The notes: generated by a model from the sequence alone, not told the origin. DNA of 64,000 bases from Bugula neritina (GCA_964035545.1 OZ037767.1:31140628-31204627); one strand, 5' to 3'. Positions 1-16,142 are shown, numbered from the stretch's first letter. Program-made: numbers and translations.

Positions 1-138
1 AGGCTGTGGATGTAGCATTATTTATTATTATATTGATTATTTGTTACTTACTGCAACTGTCAGATGGATCATTGTGCCTATATACAGTCAATTACGCGTG
101 TGGCTCAAAACTTGTACTAAACTCAAAGGCAGTCTGTG

Positions 139-183
<45 letters not shown>

Positions 184-769
184 TCAATAATTAGGCCATC
201 TGTAGTTTCTCATCTCATTATCATAATATTATCAGGAAAGATGTGCGTACAACTTTTATACATGATTAAATGCTGTGCATGTATACCATTCATTGACCAG
301 TGTAGAGATTATATCAGTTTACATAAACATAAGTGCTGGAGGAGACAAATCTAAATAAATCACACAGATAAAAATATATACTAGCACACTCTCTCAGTAG
401 CAACTCCTTAAAGAATTTAGAAATTATCTGTAACAATTTATATTTATTCTAAAAAATAACCAGTATGCTTTATGGACTCCTGTATCGAATACACAGTAAA
501 CTCCAAATGTTAATCATCAAAGGGAAACTGATGTGTATCAGGTTAGGCTGGGTACATTATCATAATCAAATATAGATTGCAGTTTTATTCCACTAGCAGT
601 TTCTTTTTGACTTCTCTAAGTGATTGCATTGTCCTAACATGAAAAGACATGCCTACATCACTAGTGAATCAGTTTATACTCTATAATCTCTATTATTAGT
701 TACATCAGCGTGATACTAGCAGTTAGCGGTTGGTATCTTTTTCTTCTCTCAGTTTTGGGAGAACCTACA

Positions 770-2188
770 ATGGCGACTAGTCAGGTATCGTTCACTCACC
801 TGGCTGATGTCATACAAAATGATATGGGGTACCAGCTTTGTGTAGAATGCTTTCAAGAGCAGAAGTTACACCAGCTTCCCTGTAACCATCTCCTGTGCTC
901 TGATTGTATTGGTAAGTGATGTCACCATTTTCTGTATTCAGATTGTATATTAGTAAATGATGTCATCATATTTTGTGCTCTGATTGGTGAGTTGATAGCA
1001 GGTCTACTGAAATGCTGATTGCTTTTCTTAGCTCCTCCCTCTACAAGTATGGAGTAGAAAGCTGCTGCTAGCTTTTGCCTGCTGCCAGTTATATAAGTCT
1101 AGTACGCTTTGGAAAATATTCAGATAAATAATTCATATAACTTTTTGCTTACTAATTCTATAAACATTTTGTTTTGCCATATAATAAGTTTTGACAAAGT
1201 TTTCCGCTCCAGATAAACTGTCACTGGACGATGGGTTGTATTGCCCAAAACCTGAATGTAAGAGACTGTGCTCTGGGACAGCCTCCTTGCATCCTAAGGC
1301 TATTGCTGCAATGGCCACCAACCAAACTCTTGGCGATCAAAAAGGTAACGCAACTCCTTTTATCTTATTTTTGTTATAATACAATATATCTTGATATTAT
1401 AGTATTATATATTGTGATACAGTATGCTATATTGTAATATAGTATGAGACATTGCGATATATAGTATGATATGATATTGTGATATGTAATATGATATATT
1501 GTGATGCAGTATTATATTGCGATACAATATATGGTATATTGTAATATAATATGGCATGATGTATTGTGATATTATATGATATATAGTAATATACTATAGT
1601 ATCATATATATACCTATATAACATATAGGTAGAATATATAGTATAATATTATTCTACTTATAAATAATGTCACCACATATTCTGGTTAGATGATGACGAG
1701 GAAGGTTATGCTGATAGCAAAGAGGCTATGTTAGCCTTAGAGAGTGGGTTCAAGGATCTCATTAGACAACATGCTAGGAGAGCTATGAAGATCACGGTGA
1801 GAGATTCTTAGTATGTTGCCATGGTTACTGTGTATGTCATTGGCAGCAGTGTGGGCACACCAACTTTTCTGAAGAGAGTGACAACTCCTGAGCCAAATAT
1901 CTAAATTTTTATCCAAAATAACTTTGACTATATTTCTGTAAATTGCAGGATAAAGCTCAAAGGGAAATTACTTTGCAGCAAACTAATAGATTTCAGGAAC
2001 AGGTGAGTGCAATTCTCGAAAAAATTTGGACTGCCATCAAAGCAGCGGCGAAATGGGTGTGGAACGGAATAAAAGCTGTTGGAAGCTGGATTAAAGGCTT
2101 GTGGGGAAAGTTTTGTGAAGCTGCGAAGCAGGTTGGCAGCGTAGCTAAAGATATCGCCAGTCAGTTTACCTCTTTGACCTTGAAATGA
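770..2188 (+). CDS. RING + amphipathic-helix family, copy 1 (intact, 206 aa)
   Basis: Exons 770-911, 1213-1344, 1690-1796, 1949-2188; all GT-AG, phases 1,1,0, total 621 nt. RING: CVEC-x10-CNHLLCSDC|..CPKPEC. Exon 3 GYADSKEA...HARRAMKIT. Exon 4 EKIWTAIKAAAKWVWNGIKAVGSWIKGLWGKF. Confidence 0.85.
1400..1650. repeat. Degenerate 5-mer AT-rich microsatellite (GATAT/ATATT type) in intron 2 of copy 1
   Basis: Periodic gatat/attgt/aatat units visible directly. Confidence 0.7.
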
Positions 2189-4205
2189 GTTTCCTGCGTG
2201 CAGCTTTCTTCTAATGTATCCGAGTTTTAAATTTAATTTAATTCTTGCGAAACATTTTATGAATGTTCTACTTTATTATAAGTATAAACTGCAAGTCGGT
2301 AGACTGATTACTTGAACAATGTTTAATCATGTGCAATCACGTATATAACTAAGTCATGCCTTTTCTTTAGTAATGACCAAAGCGTCTTCTATTTTGCTCT
2401 ACGTTTCATCTTGCTTTTTGAGCTCTTTTATCAAGTTTGCAGTTGCTTCAACTTTTACTAAAAATATTGTGTTATGTTATTTGAATTCCAGTAAAAGAAA
2501 TGTCATTTGATAAATATTCAAAATAAAGTGTAGGAACGTGTGTTGGTATTCAAGTATAGCACTTAATTGTCCAGTAATGTTGCTTATACACAACTTTACC
2601 AATTTTGTTCTTTCTACTATTTCTATTAGTTTCCTTTCAATGATTTCTTTACTACTAAAATCATTTTAAAACTGTAACACATTATAGCCAAGAGATTTGG
2701 TTGCAGCTATGTTGGCTTTTTGGTAATGTTTAAAGCTACAGGGCAATATTTTAGTAAATGCTCAATAAATGCGTTACAAACTGAATAATTTTTATGTAAT
2801 TTAAAAGGCTATAACTATAACTGCATTATGAGTCATTGCTGCTAATTATAACTGCATTATGAGTCATTGCTGCTAATTATATATGATGTATTGTGGTAAT
2901 ATAAGCAGTGAGTTTATATTGAATGTCTCAATATTCACTTAACCAGCAGATGAAAAACAGTAAACCGCTGATAGGCAGAGTATAGATTGCAATATTCATG
3001 TCAGTTTAGTTTTATAATAATATAGCTCAGCTGAATGCCAGAAAAGAAGTTTTCTTTCCCAGTGCAATAAACCCACACGTTGCTAAATCAACATTGTTGT
3101 ACAATTGTATATACTGTCAAAACTTTATGGCATGTAAACAAAAAGCTCACACATGCCATAAAGCTAAGTGTGCTATTAGACAGTTGATAAACACATATGG
3201 TTGATATGTAAGGCTAAACTTGGTGATCAAAGATTACTTAGAGAAAAGTTTACATAAGGGCTACACCAGGAAAGCCACAATCTGCTTACCTTTGGTGGCG
3301 CTGTCCATGTCTACTAGGCTGCAAGGCCATTTACCATATAAAATGAGTGAGATTAGTTCTTCAAACAATGCATTTTGCTATAAACAAATCCTATATATGT
3401 CCTGCAGGCCTACAAATAAGAGCTAAGAACTTTATAGTACTATAACCTCAGCACTCCTATTGTTGGTATAAAACAGTCTTAGCTACAGCTATTATTAGAA
3501 TGCTCACGTATAGTAAGAAAATAAAAGAAAATGTATACAGCAGGGGTGGTCAATATCCACCCAAAGGGAATTATTACCTGCTGTTCAGGTCTCTAATTTT
3601 CTAAAAAGTTCCACATGCATGTGTATTTTGATGTCCAGTTTTAAAAATATGGTAAATGCTTTGTTTATTTTCTGATATTTAGAAAACCCACTCTGAAAAC
3701 TGGGTCACATTTTTTCAATCTTTAACTTAAAACTTTCAAAAGTAGCAACCTTTAACCAAAAATTATAAATATTATTTTGCAATTCTAGAAGAAAGGAAAG
3801 GTTTTAGCCAATTCTTGTATCACAAAAGTTGTCTTCTCATGAGAGAACAACCTTTCTCTAGATTGAAGCTATAAACTAAAATGTAAAATTCCGCACATGC
3901 AGAGAGTGAGTGAGGGCCAGAAGTTCTCAGCTATCAGCATAAGTATAGTTTGGAATTTGCTTTAAACCACCTGGTACGCTACTTGCACGTCCTTCAACTG
4001 TACACCGAGGTTCAGTAAGTTAAAGTGATCATTGAAAGAGAAATATGCAGCCTGTTTAGGTATATGTGATAGAGAGAGAAAATATGCCAACTACACTTGG
4101 AAACGGACTAAGTAACCACTTATAGGAAAGAATGACGAAACTGTGTGTAGCTAATGAGTGACTGACTTATTTCCTCCTTCTACTTTGACTGCTCCAGCTA
4201 GTACA

Positions 4206-6398
<2,193 letters not shown>

Positions 6399-6756
6399 CT
6401 TTACCCCAGGACAGAAGCCTTTTCAAAGGTTTATGTCCTGATTACCAATCTTTACTTTACACTGATTATACTGGTGTTTGGCTGATATAATTGAAAAAAA
6501 TTCAAAACAGCTTTAAAATGAAAATATTTGATATTTGATTCAGCAGATTTAGCTTTGACATGCTCTAGTTTAAACTGAACTATAATAATAATAACCTTCA
6601 ATTATTTGAATAAACGTTATGATTTTTATCACATAGTTTTTGATCTTCAAAATCCTAAACAGTAATTATAGACAAGATGTGTACTAGCTAACAACTGCAT
6701 GCATTTCATATTTGATTAAATAAACATTTTAACACCTAAATCTATGAACTCCTCTA

Positions 6757-6845
6757 TTCATAACATAACATAACGTAGCATAACGTAACATAACATAACA
6801 TAACGTAACGTAACGTAACATAACATAAGATAACATAACGTATTA
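6757..6845. repeat. (CATAA/CGTAA)n pentanucleotide microsatellite
   Basis: Direct observation. Confidence 0.9.
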
Positions 6846-6894
6846 ACATCTTATGTGCTATAGCCTGCAATTTCAGCCTGTATACCTGCAGGGT

Positions 6895-7040
6895 TTCCTG
6901 TTGCACACTGCCCAAGAGCTTTGTAGGGGAGGGAAGGGGGAGATAGGGGCAAATCTTTGAGTCTAGATAGATTCGAAGGTCCCACAATTACTCTCTCCGA
7001 GAGGTCTTGAGAGTTAACTCAATCAAGATCAAGATCAATG
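6895..7040 (+). mobile_element. 3' end of a non-LTR retroelement with (ATCAAG)n tail; same family as 50320-50700
   Basis: cctgttgcacactg...ggtcccacaa.tactctctccgaga...aatcaagatcaagatcaa is shared with 50575-50700, where it follows RT C-terminal coding sequence. Confidence 0.7.
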
Positions 7041-9149
7041 CTATTCAATTCTTTGACAGACAATATTTTGCATGTTTCTTTACTCAACTAGTCAGTCACA
7101 TTTTGAAAGTTTTAAACAATTTTCGAATTGTCGCTTTTTTCTTATAACTTTATAGAGTTTATTTAAAATATTGTGTGACGCTAAACAAAAAGTTTTAGCT
7201 AATGATAACTCATAGAAAAACCTAAAAATTAAACTCATTGCTTTATTAACTGAATTAGTTGGCATCGTAAGCACAAGCTTTGTGGACAGAATTCATCACA
7301 AAACTCGAAAGGTTCACTTCTTATCTTTTCCAAAAAGTTGGGAAAAGAAACTGCCTATACCTGTGTTGAGCAGGATTTAAAGATTATCATAACGGATCTG
7401 ACTACTTGGAATAAATTTTAACAGCAGAGTTACGGCAAAAGCAACTATCACAAAGTAAGACCTACAAATACAGAACCATGCTTGAGTTGATTCGGTACAA
7501 AGTATAATGCGTTTTCATAATTGTATTTTCTTTTTTAAATTTGCTTACTTTTGTTCATTTTTGGCATGCATAATAATAGTTATTTCAGCTATATATAATA
7601 GTGAGAAAAATTCTAATTGAGCTTTCTTTAAGGTCATATAATCTTTATTTTGGCAGGGTTATCGATGTCTGTAATTGGGACCTTCGAGAAAATAAAAGTT
7701 TGTATAGATCGAGCTATTGGTGAATGAATTAAAAAATAGGAAAACTGACCGAGCGAGCAAGCATATGCAATCAGGTTTAGAGCAGTGTAAAGAGAAAGGC
7801 TTCCTTTGTTCAGCAGTTTGTTCAGATTAGCATTTGCTACTTGTAGCATATCTTTAACATTTTATTTCCTGTTTTGTTTTGATTTTACTTAAATGATTAG
7901 GCTTTTCAAATTTCAATTTACTGAACTACTAAACAAAATGATTGAAAGAATATAATAATTTCTAGTCTTAATGCTGCACCAGTTGTCTATTATAATTATC
8001 TCTTTGTTGTTTCTATCTCTTTCAGAACCTTCAGAAAAATAAAATTTTCATGACGAAAAAATTGGCCCATTATGCCCGGTTTCGGGGTACAGTATATGGG
8101 CCACTGGGTGGGACACAAAAATAATATATTGAAACTTTGCTAATTTGATTGCATCTGATCTTTATATTTATTCAATATACACTCTCTCAGTTCTACAGCA
8201 AAAATCATGTCTTAGCTGTACAGTTTGTGCCACCACAGATAACAAGGGGAGACAAAATCAAACACACATCACTCAAATACATGTATATTCCCTCAATGAT
8301 ATAATGTATATATATGTGTTTTGCATGTGTTTTACAACAAAGCTATATAACCTCACCAGATGTATATTAGGGCAGCTTCTCCTTGTAGTTTGGTAGTCTT
8401 ATAACCATGATGTCTTTGATATTTTACAAAATTTACAAGTCAGTTATGGCTAAATCTACAGATTTTACCAACATTTCAACTAATTTTTGGGCAAACAAAC
8501 TAATAACAGTGAAAGTGGCCAAGTTGAAAACAAATGTGGCTCAAGGAAAATTTATTTCAGAAATTGCTATTATACTAGTTGAGCAATGCAGAGACAAGCA
8601 ATGGCAACAGTATCACCTTTGAGGCTAAAACGCTATAAAGTTTTGATGACATCTTGAAGAATTTTCAAAAGGTAGACATAAAAACAGATTTGGACTTCCC
8701 TCTTCAACATGCATATTATGTTCAACAAGTGCTGAAAATACAATGGCTGAATAATTATGTCATTGCTTTTTTATTATTGAAAAAAACAATCACAATTCTA
8801 AGTCAATTTAAGTTCTCTCACAACTTGACCAACTTTTTTTGCCCCTATATGACTGTTGTGTCATGGTTACCCCTACTGTTACTATATACCTCCCCAAACT
8901 GTTCATTCAGTTTTTGCACTAAATTGCAGCATGAAACGCTGATCATAAGTTAATGCAACCACAACCACAAATCCATCCATATGAGCATCAATTCAGATAT
9001 AAGGAAAGCTTAGTGTATTAGTAAAGTAAAGTTGGCTATAACTTGCAACAATTACTGCATATATTATACACATTTATATTTTAAGTTTCAAACTGAAGTT
9101 TGCATATATATTGGCTTATTGCTTTCCAATTACCGTCTATGTAAACGAA

Positions 9150-9760
9150 AAATTCATTACATAATGCAGTTTACAAAAAACAACTACCCACCATGTGTAG
9201 TGCTTTCATGTGTTTGTAGAGTAAAAATATTACATAGTTGAAAGCAGAGCACTGTCTTTTTGATTCAATATTGCACAAGAAGAAAATTTTGACTGGATCT
9301 GACAGTATGCATAATATAACACATATTAATTATTGTTATGATATAATATAATAATAATACTTTATGCAATGCAACTCGTATATAAAAGCTATAGTTTAAG
9401 TTACACTGTGACTACAATATGAATATGAATAGAACTAATACTTAGGCTTACGCTAAACATAAAAATGTCAATACCATTTTTTCTATGAAGTCGGGAACTG
9501 AAAAAGGTGGACTGTAACCATTCAAGACAAAGAATAGGAAAATGTCTGCATGTTTACATACAGGAAAGTAAATAACATATTATTTCCACACCTCAGCTGC
9601 AAGCATGAAAAACTTTCAAAACTTTCTTTTTGTGCAATATTGAATCAAAAAGACAGTGCTCTGCTTTTATCTCTATAATATTTTTACTCTACATACACAC
9701 ATGAAAGCACTACATGGCATGGGTAGTTTCTTTTTGTAAACTCCATTATGTAATGAATTT
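9150..9760. repeat. Inverted repeat (~140-bp arms at 9150-9292 and ~9616-9760), MITE/foldback-like
   Basis: aaagcagagcactgtctttttgattcaatattgcacaa is the reverse complement of ttgtgcaatattgaatcaaaaagacagtgctctgcttt; similarity extends to aattcattac/taatgaatt. Confidence 0.85.
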
Positions 9761-10009
9761 CTTAAAATGAAACTGTTTTGGAATTTGATTGCACAGATTT
9801 GTTCCTGGATGACTTTTGTAATTTGAACTTATCTATGTTTTCATTAAGGCTCTTCACAGTTACTGTGTTTCTCTTACGATTTAATTGTTTATATTCTGGT
9901 GGAATTCGTGTAACATCCAAAAAATTAATGGAAAATAACTTTTTAGTCATCTAGGGTGAAGTTTGGCATATAAAAGCATGTTAAGTACCAACTGGTCCTG
10001 TCAGTAGTT

Positions 10010-12025
10010 ATTATTTTAAGAATTTGCGTAGATCCAAGACTTCATATTTTGAATCTTTTTTTGAAAATACTTCAGATTCTAGTAAATGTTGGAAAGTCAT
10101 AAACGAACATCTAGGAAAAAATCGATCAAAGGGATTAAATGCTCCTAAAACTTTAACATCTGAAAATATTACACTAACTGAAGATAAGGGCATAGCAAAC
10201 AGTTTTAATAAATACTTTACTTCCATAGGAACAACGTTATCAAAGAAATTCACTGACGACAATTTTGATTTTACAGCTCAGAAGTCAGATAAAAAACTTG
10301 ATGAACAGTTTAGCTTTACAAATATTGAAAGCACAGTCATTGAAAGCTTACTTAAAGATGTAAACCCAGCCAAAGCTGCAGGATTAGATTTAGCTCCCAC
10401 CAACCTAATAAAAATATCTGCATCTCATCTTTCAAAGCCTTTAGCTTACATTATAAACACAATTATCAATGATGGCGCTTTTCCAAATGAACTAAAAAAA
10501 GCTAAAGTTGTTCCTCTACACAAAAAAGGCATAGCTACTGATGTAAGTAATTACCGCCCAATCTCTATATTACCTGCTTTCAGTAAGATAGCTGAAAAGA
10601 TTTTAAATAAGCAAATAGTAGATTTTCTAGAAAGCAAAAATTATTTAACTGATAAGCAGTACGGCTTTAGACGAAATAGAAACACAAATATTGCCTTAAT
10701 TAATCTAACAAATAAGGTTTTAAATGCCATGAACAATGGTAATTCTGTAGCCGGAATTTTCCTCGATTTTAGTAAGGCCTTTGACACAATAAATCATGAA
10801 ATCTTATTAGCTAAATTAAAATTGCTCCACTTTTCAAGTCACAGTGTGAAGCTAATTAAAAATTATCTGTCCAATCGACAACAGTCTACTATTATTAACA
10901 ACACATATTCTGACTTTATTCATATCACATGTGGAGTACCACAAGGATCCATACTTGGTCCCACACTATTCCTAATTTATATAAATGATCTTCCAGATGT
11001 AACTATGCATTTAGACCCTATATTATTTGCCGACGATACGAACCTCTTCTTTGAATCAAAAAATCTATTAAACAATATGGACATCATAAACTGTGAATTA
11101 AAGAAAATTGAAACTTGGTGCAATAAAAATAAATTAACTGTAAACATGAGTAAAACAAACTATATGATAATCAAAACAGCGCAAAATAAACAAGATTTAA
11201 ATGGCTTTGCCTTAGAAATGTTCAACAAAAAATTAGTGGAGGTAAAATTAACTACCTTCCTAGGTATTATAATAGATTCACATCTTTCTTGGCTACAACA
11301 TTGCAGTAAGCTTTGTCAAAACCTAAGGCCCTTAGTAGGCTTGATAAGTAAATGTTCCCATCACCTACCTAGAAAAATTCTAATACAAATATATAACTCT
11401 TTTGTAAATTCTAAGATAACATATTGCCTAGAATCGTGGGGTAATGCAGCAAACATTTATCTTGAACCATTACATTTACTACAAAAAAAAATACTGAGAA
11501 TTATCTATAAAAAGCATCACCTTTCCCCATCTAAACCACTGTTTCTTAGTTCTTCAATCATGCCTATTCACACTCTACACAAATTCAAACTAATACTGCT
11601 CTCACATAAACTTTACTATTCTCAACTAACACATCTCACACATAACTATCCCACAAGATTTTCAGAGTTCAGCCTACAAACTCCTCCATCATCAACTGCT
11701 GCAGGTCAACGAAGAGTGGAATTCCAATGTTCGTCGCTATGGAATAAATTGCCTAGTTCTATTCGTGCTGTGGGGAGGGAGGCTGGTTTCAAACTTGCCC
11801 TGAGAGACCACCTAATGGCAAATTTCCAGATAAAAAAATAAAACTCTTTGAGTTGCTAAAACTTCCAAAAACCTAAACAAAAATCTTATATAACTGTCAA
11901 CCATTCATGGCTCGGCGCCTCGACTAGCTACAGTGCTATTGCGCCATAGGCCCTGTCATTTTGTTTATTTTTTCTCAATTAATTTTTTTCTCCAACTACG
12001 ACAAAATAAAACAAACAAACAAACA
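10010..12025 (+). mobile_element. 5'-truncated LINE of the CR1/L2 group (Crack-like) with open reverse transcriptase ORF 10024-11841
   Basis: RT motifs NYRPISIL, QYGFR, FLDFSKAFDTINH, GVPQGSILGPTLFLIYINDL, FADDT. No endonuclease N-terminus. 3' stem-loop at 11909-11952, then AATAAA and an (AAAC)n tail at ~12004-12025. Confidence 0.92.
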
Positions 12026-12329
12026 ATATTATCAGTTGGCATATATAGAGCTATAAATAGGAAAGTGGAAGGCAGGCCAATGATGTAACAGCTAGGAGCT
12101 TTCTTTCGAAAACTAATATGGACTTGCAAAAGATGCTGAGCTATAAGGTACATGTCTTAACTTGGTTGACTTCAATTTTAAGTAACCAGGCACATTTGAG
12201 CTAATTATACAAGTTTATGCTGACAAATTATTTTCAGATTGATTCACAACTGTTCTATTATGTACCATTACTAGTTGTTAGTATGATACACATGCACACA
12301 CTCACACACACAAACACACACATATATAT

Positions 12330-12486
12330 AGTAGTAGTAGTAGTAGTAGTAGTAGCAGTAGTAGTAGTAGTAGTAGCAGTAGTAGTAGTAGTAGTAGCAG
12401 TAGTAGTAGTAGTAGTAATAGTAGTAATAGTAGTAGTAGTATTAATAGTAGTAGTAGTAATAGTAGTAGTAGTAGTAGTAGTAGTA
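12330..12486. repeat. (GTA)n microsatellite
   Basis: Direct observation. Confidence 0.95.
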
Positions 12487-13916
12487 CGCACGCACTTTAC
12501 ATGCATGATCACATATTAGGATCTCAATAACCCCCACATAGTAATAAGTTTCACAAAATCACAACAATGGTACACGCTATAATGCATGGGATAATAATAG
12601 TGTTTGCCGAGAATAATATTGCGGATTTTAGTACTTCACGAGGAGAAAAGTTTGACACAGCATGTTTGACAGGCTATAGGCAGCTAGGATGTGATTTTTC
12701 TTATATTGCAATCTGAGTAGCATACATTATAGTATCGTAAATCAACCATTACTGCTGTTAGTTTTAATAAACTAGTTTGAAATGAGAAATCTGCCAGTCT
12801 AAAATAAAAGTAACAGTTTGCATGTATGTATGTAAGATTTTACTCACTATTTATCTCAGAAGAGATATATCACAGCAATGTTGAAAAATCACATAATTAC
12901 AAAGAAAATGGTTTTTTTACGGAATAAGAAGGGGAGACAATAAAACTTCACGTTGCTAGATGAAAAAGTTAATGTGCTGGAGGGGCTATCAGCTTTATAT
13001 GGTGAAGAATTAAAGAGTTTTCTTTGTCGGTTTGGAATGGAACTCTTATGATGTTCAGAGCTACTCAGTATTGGCTTGCTGGATGCTTTACCTTTTAATG
13101 TTTTAAATGAAGATCAAAACTCTTATTAACCTATAGCTAAAGTGTTTATCCAAGTTGAAAAGTAGAGTACTTTATTTCCAGCAAAATTATAGCACAATAA
13201 TTTTAGTTTGTTAACATGTGGCATTTGATTTTTACTTTGTGTGTTTACAAATATAAGCAGATTATTACTGTTATATATTTCATGCATTACTTTTTATGTC
13301 TTTACTGATGGCAGCATTTTTACTGCTGCCTTTTAGTGAAAAAATTGCTTTGAAAAACTACCGTTATAAAAATATAACCTGATTTTAATAATCTTACAAG
13401 CAGCTTAGTGTAAAACATTATACAGAGCCTAGTAGATTAGATTTACGGCATCTATTTATTAGCTATTGTAAGACTAAAGTTAGCTTGCAAATAGAAGCAC
13501 TTTATCAGAATAATTATTATCAACATATCAAACTCGCTCAACTGCATGAAGAGTGGTAGAGATCAATAAATAAATAAAATTGAATGCAACTTACACAGCA
13601 TCTTTTATACATGTTTATATTATTAAGCTTCTAATGGTAGTTGTTGTCACATATATTGGTCTGCCTTCCATTTACCTGTTTATGGCTCTATGGATGCCAA
13701 ATGACAACCCTATGTAAAAAATAGCTACTGCCAGAAACTGCAGCAGCAGTACTTGTCATAGGTGCTACATGTCAGACTTTACTTTACGACTTTGACTTTA
13801 TATAGCCCAAAAAATTTTCTCCAAGAAAAGTACATTAATTATGGAAAGATACAGCAATAATACGCCCTTAGAAATTTGGAGTTGTCTATGTAACAAGGTG
13901 GTGTACTTATTATTGA

Positions 13917-14150
13917 TGTTTCCCCTAATCAGAGAGCACAACTTCTATAGGCTATAACTGTTTGCCCATTATTATAAAATACTATAAATAAAGATGCATT
14001 CAAAAAAGATAATATTATTATATAATAATTTAATAAACCAGATATTTTGTGCGCGTGCGTGGAGAGTTGATGCTGTTGTTTCAAACCCAGCAGATATAAA
14101 AATAGCGGCATTAGCCATCACTTCTTTTCTTGTTAAACCTACATTTTTAG

Positions 14151-14230
<80 letters not shown>

Positions 14231-14700
14231 GTGTGCGTGTGCGTGTGTGTGCGTGTGTGTGCGTGTGTGTGCGTGTGTGTGCGTGTGTGTGCGCGCGTGT
14301 GTGCGCGTGTGTGCGCGCGTGTGTGCGCGTGTGTGTGCGTGTGTGTGTGTGTTTATATAGAATGCAATCGCCTTAAAAGTAATGATACTTTGTAGACGAC
14401 ATATATTTCTATATATACTTGTTACTGCTATTCAATCTTCAATTTCTCTGTGGCTATACATGATGTGTAAGTGCAGCAGAACTGGTATATGCCATGCAAA
14501 TATTTGCTATATTAATATTATGATAATCGTTCAATCAATAGGAATTTCACAGGTGATGCAATTGTGGAGTTGTTTCCCCTAACACAGAGAGCACAACTTC
14601 TATAGACTAATTGTTTGCCTATTATTATAGGATATAATGATTATAAGATACGATCCAATAAATTAATATTATCAAATGATGGTTTAATAAACCAGAAATC
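13917..14700. repeat. Diverged ~130-bp direct repeat (13917-14045 and 14570-14700) flanking a (GT)n tract at 14154-14352
   Basis: Both copies begin tgtttcccctaa..cagagagcacaacttctata and end tttaataaaccaga. Confidence 0.75.
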
Positions 14701-16142
14701 TGGAACTTATAAAAGCAGCTATATAGGATGCATATATTTAAGTTTCTACCCAGTATTTGTCAATGACAGTCACGTTAAAAGGGAAACTGCTCATATATAA
14801 AATTTTATTTAATTTCATCTGCGTATTAGTGCATAGACTGTAATTTAAACAAATTTACTGCTGCTTTCAATTTCAATATCCAATTTACATTCAAACATAA
14901 CAATTAGATCATAGCTGATAGGGCAGTTATTTGAAGAGTCGATAAACAGATGTTTTTAAAGGAAACTTGTATTTTGTGGATAAGGCTCGAAGGGGTAGTT
15001 TAGCTACCAGCGTAGGCATACAAATGTTTCATTCACTATCTGTAAAGTGAAATTGTTCATGCCGTGTATAATTAAGGATAGAGTTTACAAATCTTCAGCT
15101 GATGCATTAGCATGAACAGCTTTACCTGGCGCTTCCAATTTTCCTAAACTTATTATGCAATGTTACACGTGATCCTGAGAAGTAAGAACATTTGTTAACA
15201 ATTTCTTATCCCAAATATTTTTATTGTTGCTTGTTCAATTTGAAACACAGCTATAATCTTGAATCTAAACCTGCAGTAATTAGTTGGTTAAAATTCCAAA
15301 AAATATTTTATAACTTATAAGTAATGCGCTGTTACTTTTATTTTTCTCAATAGTATATTGAACTAAATGTTTCTATAAAAACGCTGAACGCTGAAGCCAC
15401 ACTGAAAATCATCTTTGCTGATGCCTTTCAAAGAGAAATTTAAACTAATTCTGTCCAAGTGAAGAAAATTTAAAAATTTGAATATCCAGTGAAATATATT
15501 AGAAACATCTTACACATCTGAACATAAAACAAACTACTTCTATGATTATAAATCTAAATTGTTGAGTGTGTAAACTTTCACCAAACACACAAACGTTTAC
15601 TTTATTTTAGAAAGCTCACAGCAAGCACATCTGGTTTGAAAATTTTACTTTAGATAAGCTAAAGTCCTACGACAAAATAATATTATTTTCTAGATAAATA
15701 TTTATTTGCTTATTATGTTAAAAATATAAAAACAATAAGAACATGCGTTAATTTAGATTTAAATGTTGCATACAAATAGTATTTTAGGACCTTATTCCAG
15801 CAAAAATTATAAAGATAGTAAATCATTTAGTGTTTTGAATTTTTACAGCATGCAATAGAGTTGTTTGTTATTTATTACTGCATGAATTAGATGATGTTTG
15901 GCAACTGTATGATGTCATGTTCTGTATATATATGAGATGAAGATTTACAAATAAAGATATAGTTTTAGCCCTCAACCAAGTGTAGTCTCTACAGCATAAA
16001 TATAAGACCTGCAACTAACACAACATAAAAGGTTTTGTTCTTGAAAATTTTAGAGTTTTATTCTATTGAGCATAAACTACAGTACACCACAGCAAACTAC
16101 ATTACACTAAAGAACACTTCAGTACACTACAACCGGCTAGTG

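Noticed and set aside
1949-2188. Resemblance of W/K-periodic helices to phage tape-measure proteins (horizontal transfer)
   Set aside because: Compositional similarity only; the segment is a normal spliced exon with paralogs and there are no phage genes nearby.
7045-8095. Possible non-autonomous DNA transposon (also 48060-48540 and 22385-22530)
   Set aside because: No matching terminal inverted repeats, TSD or second copy identifiable within the window.
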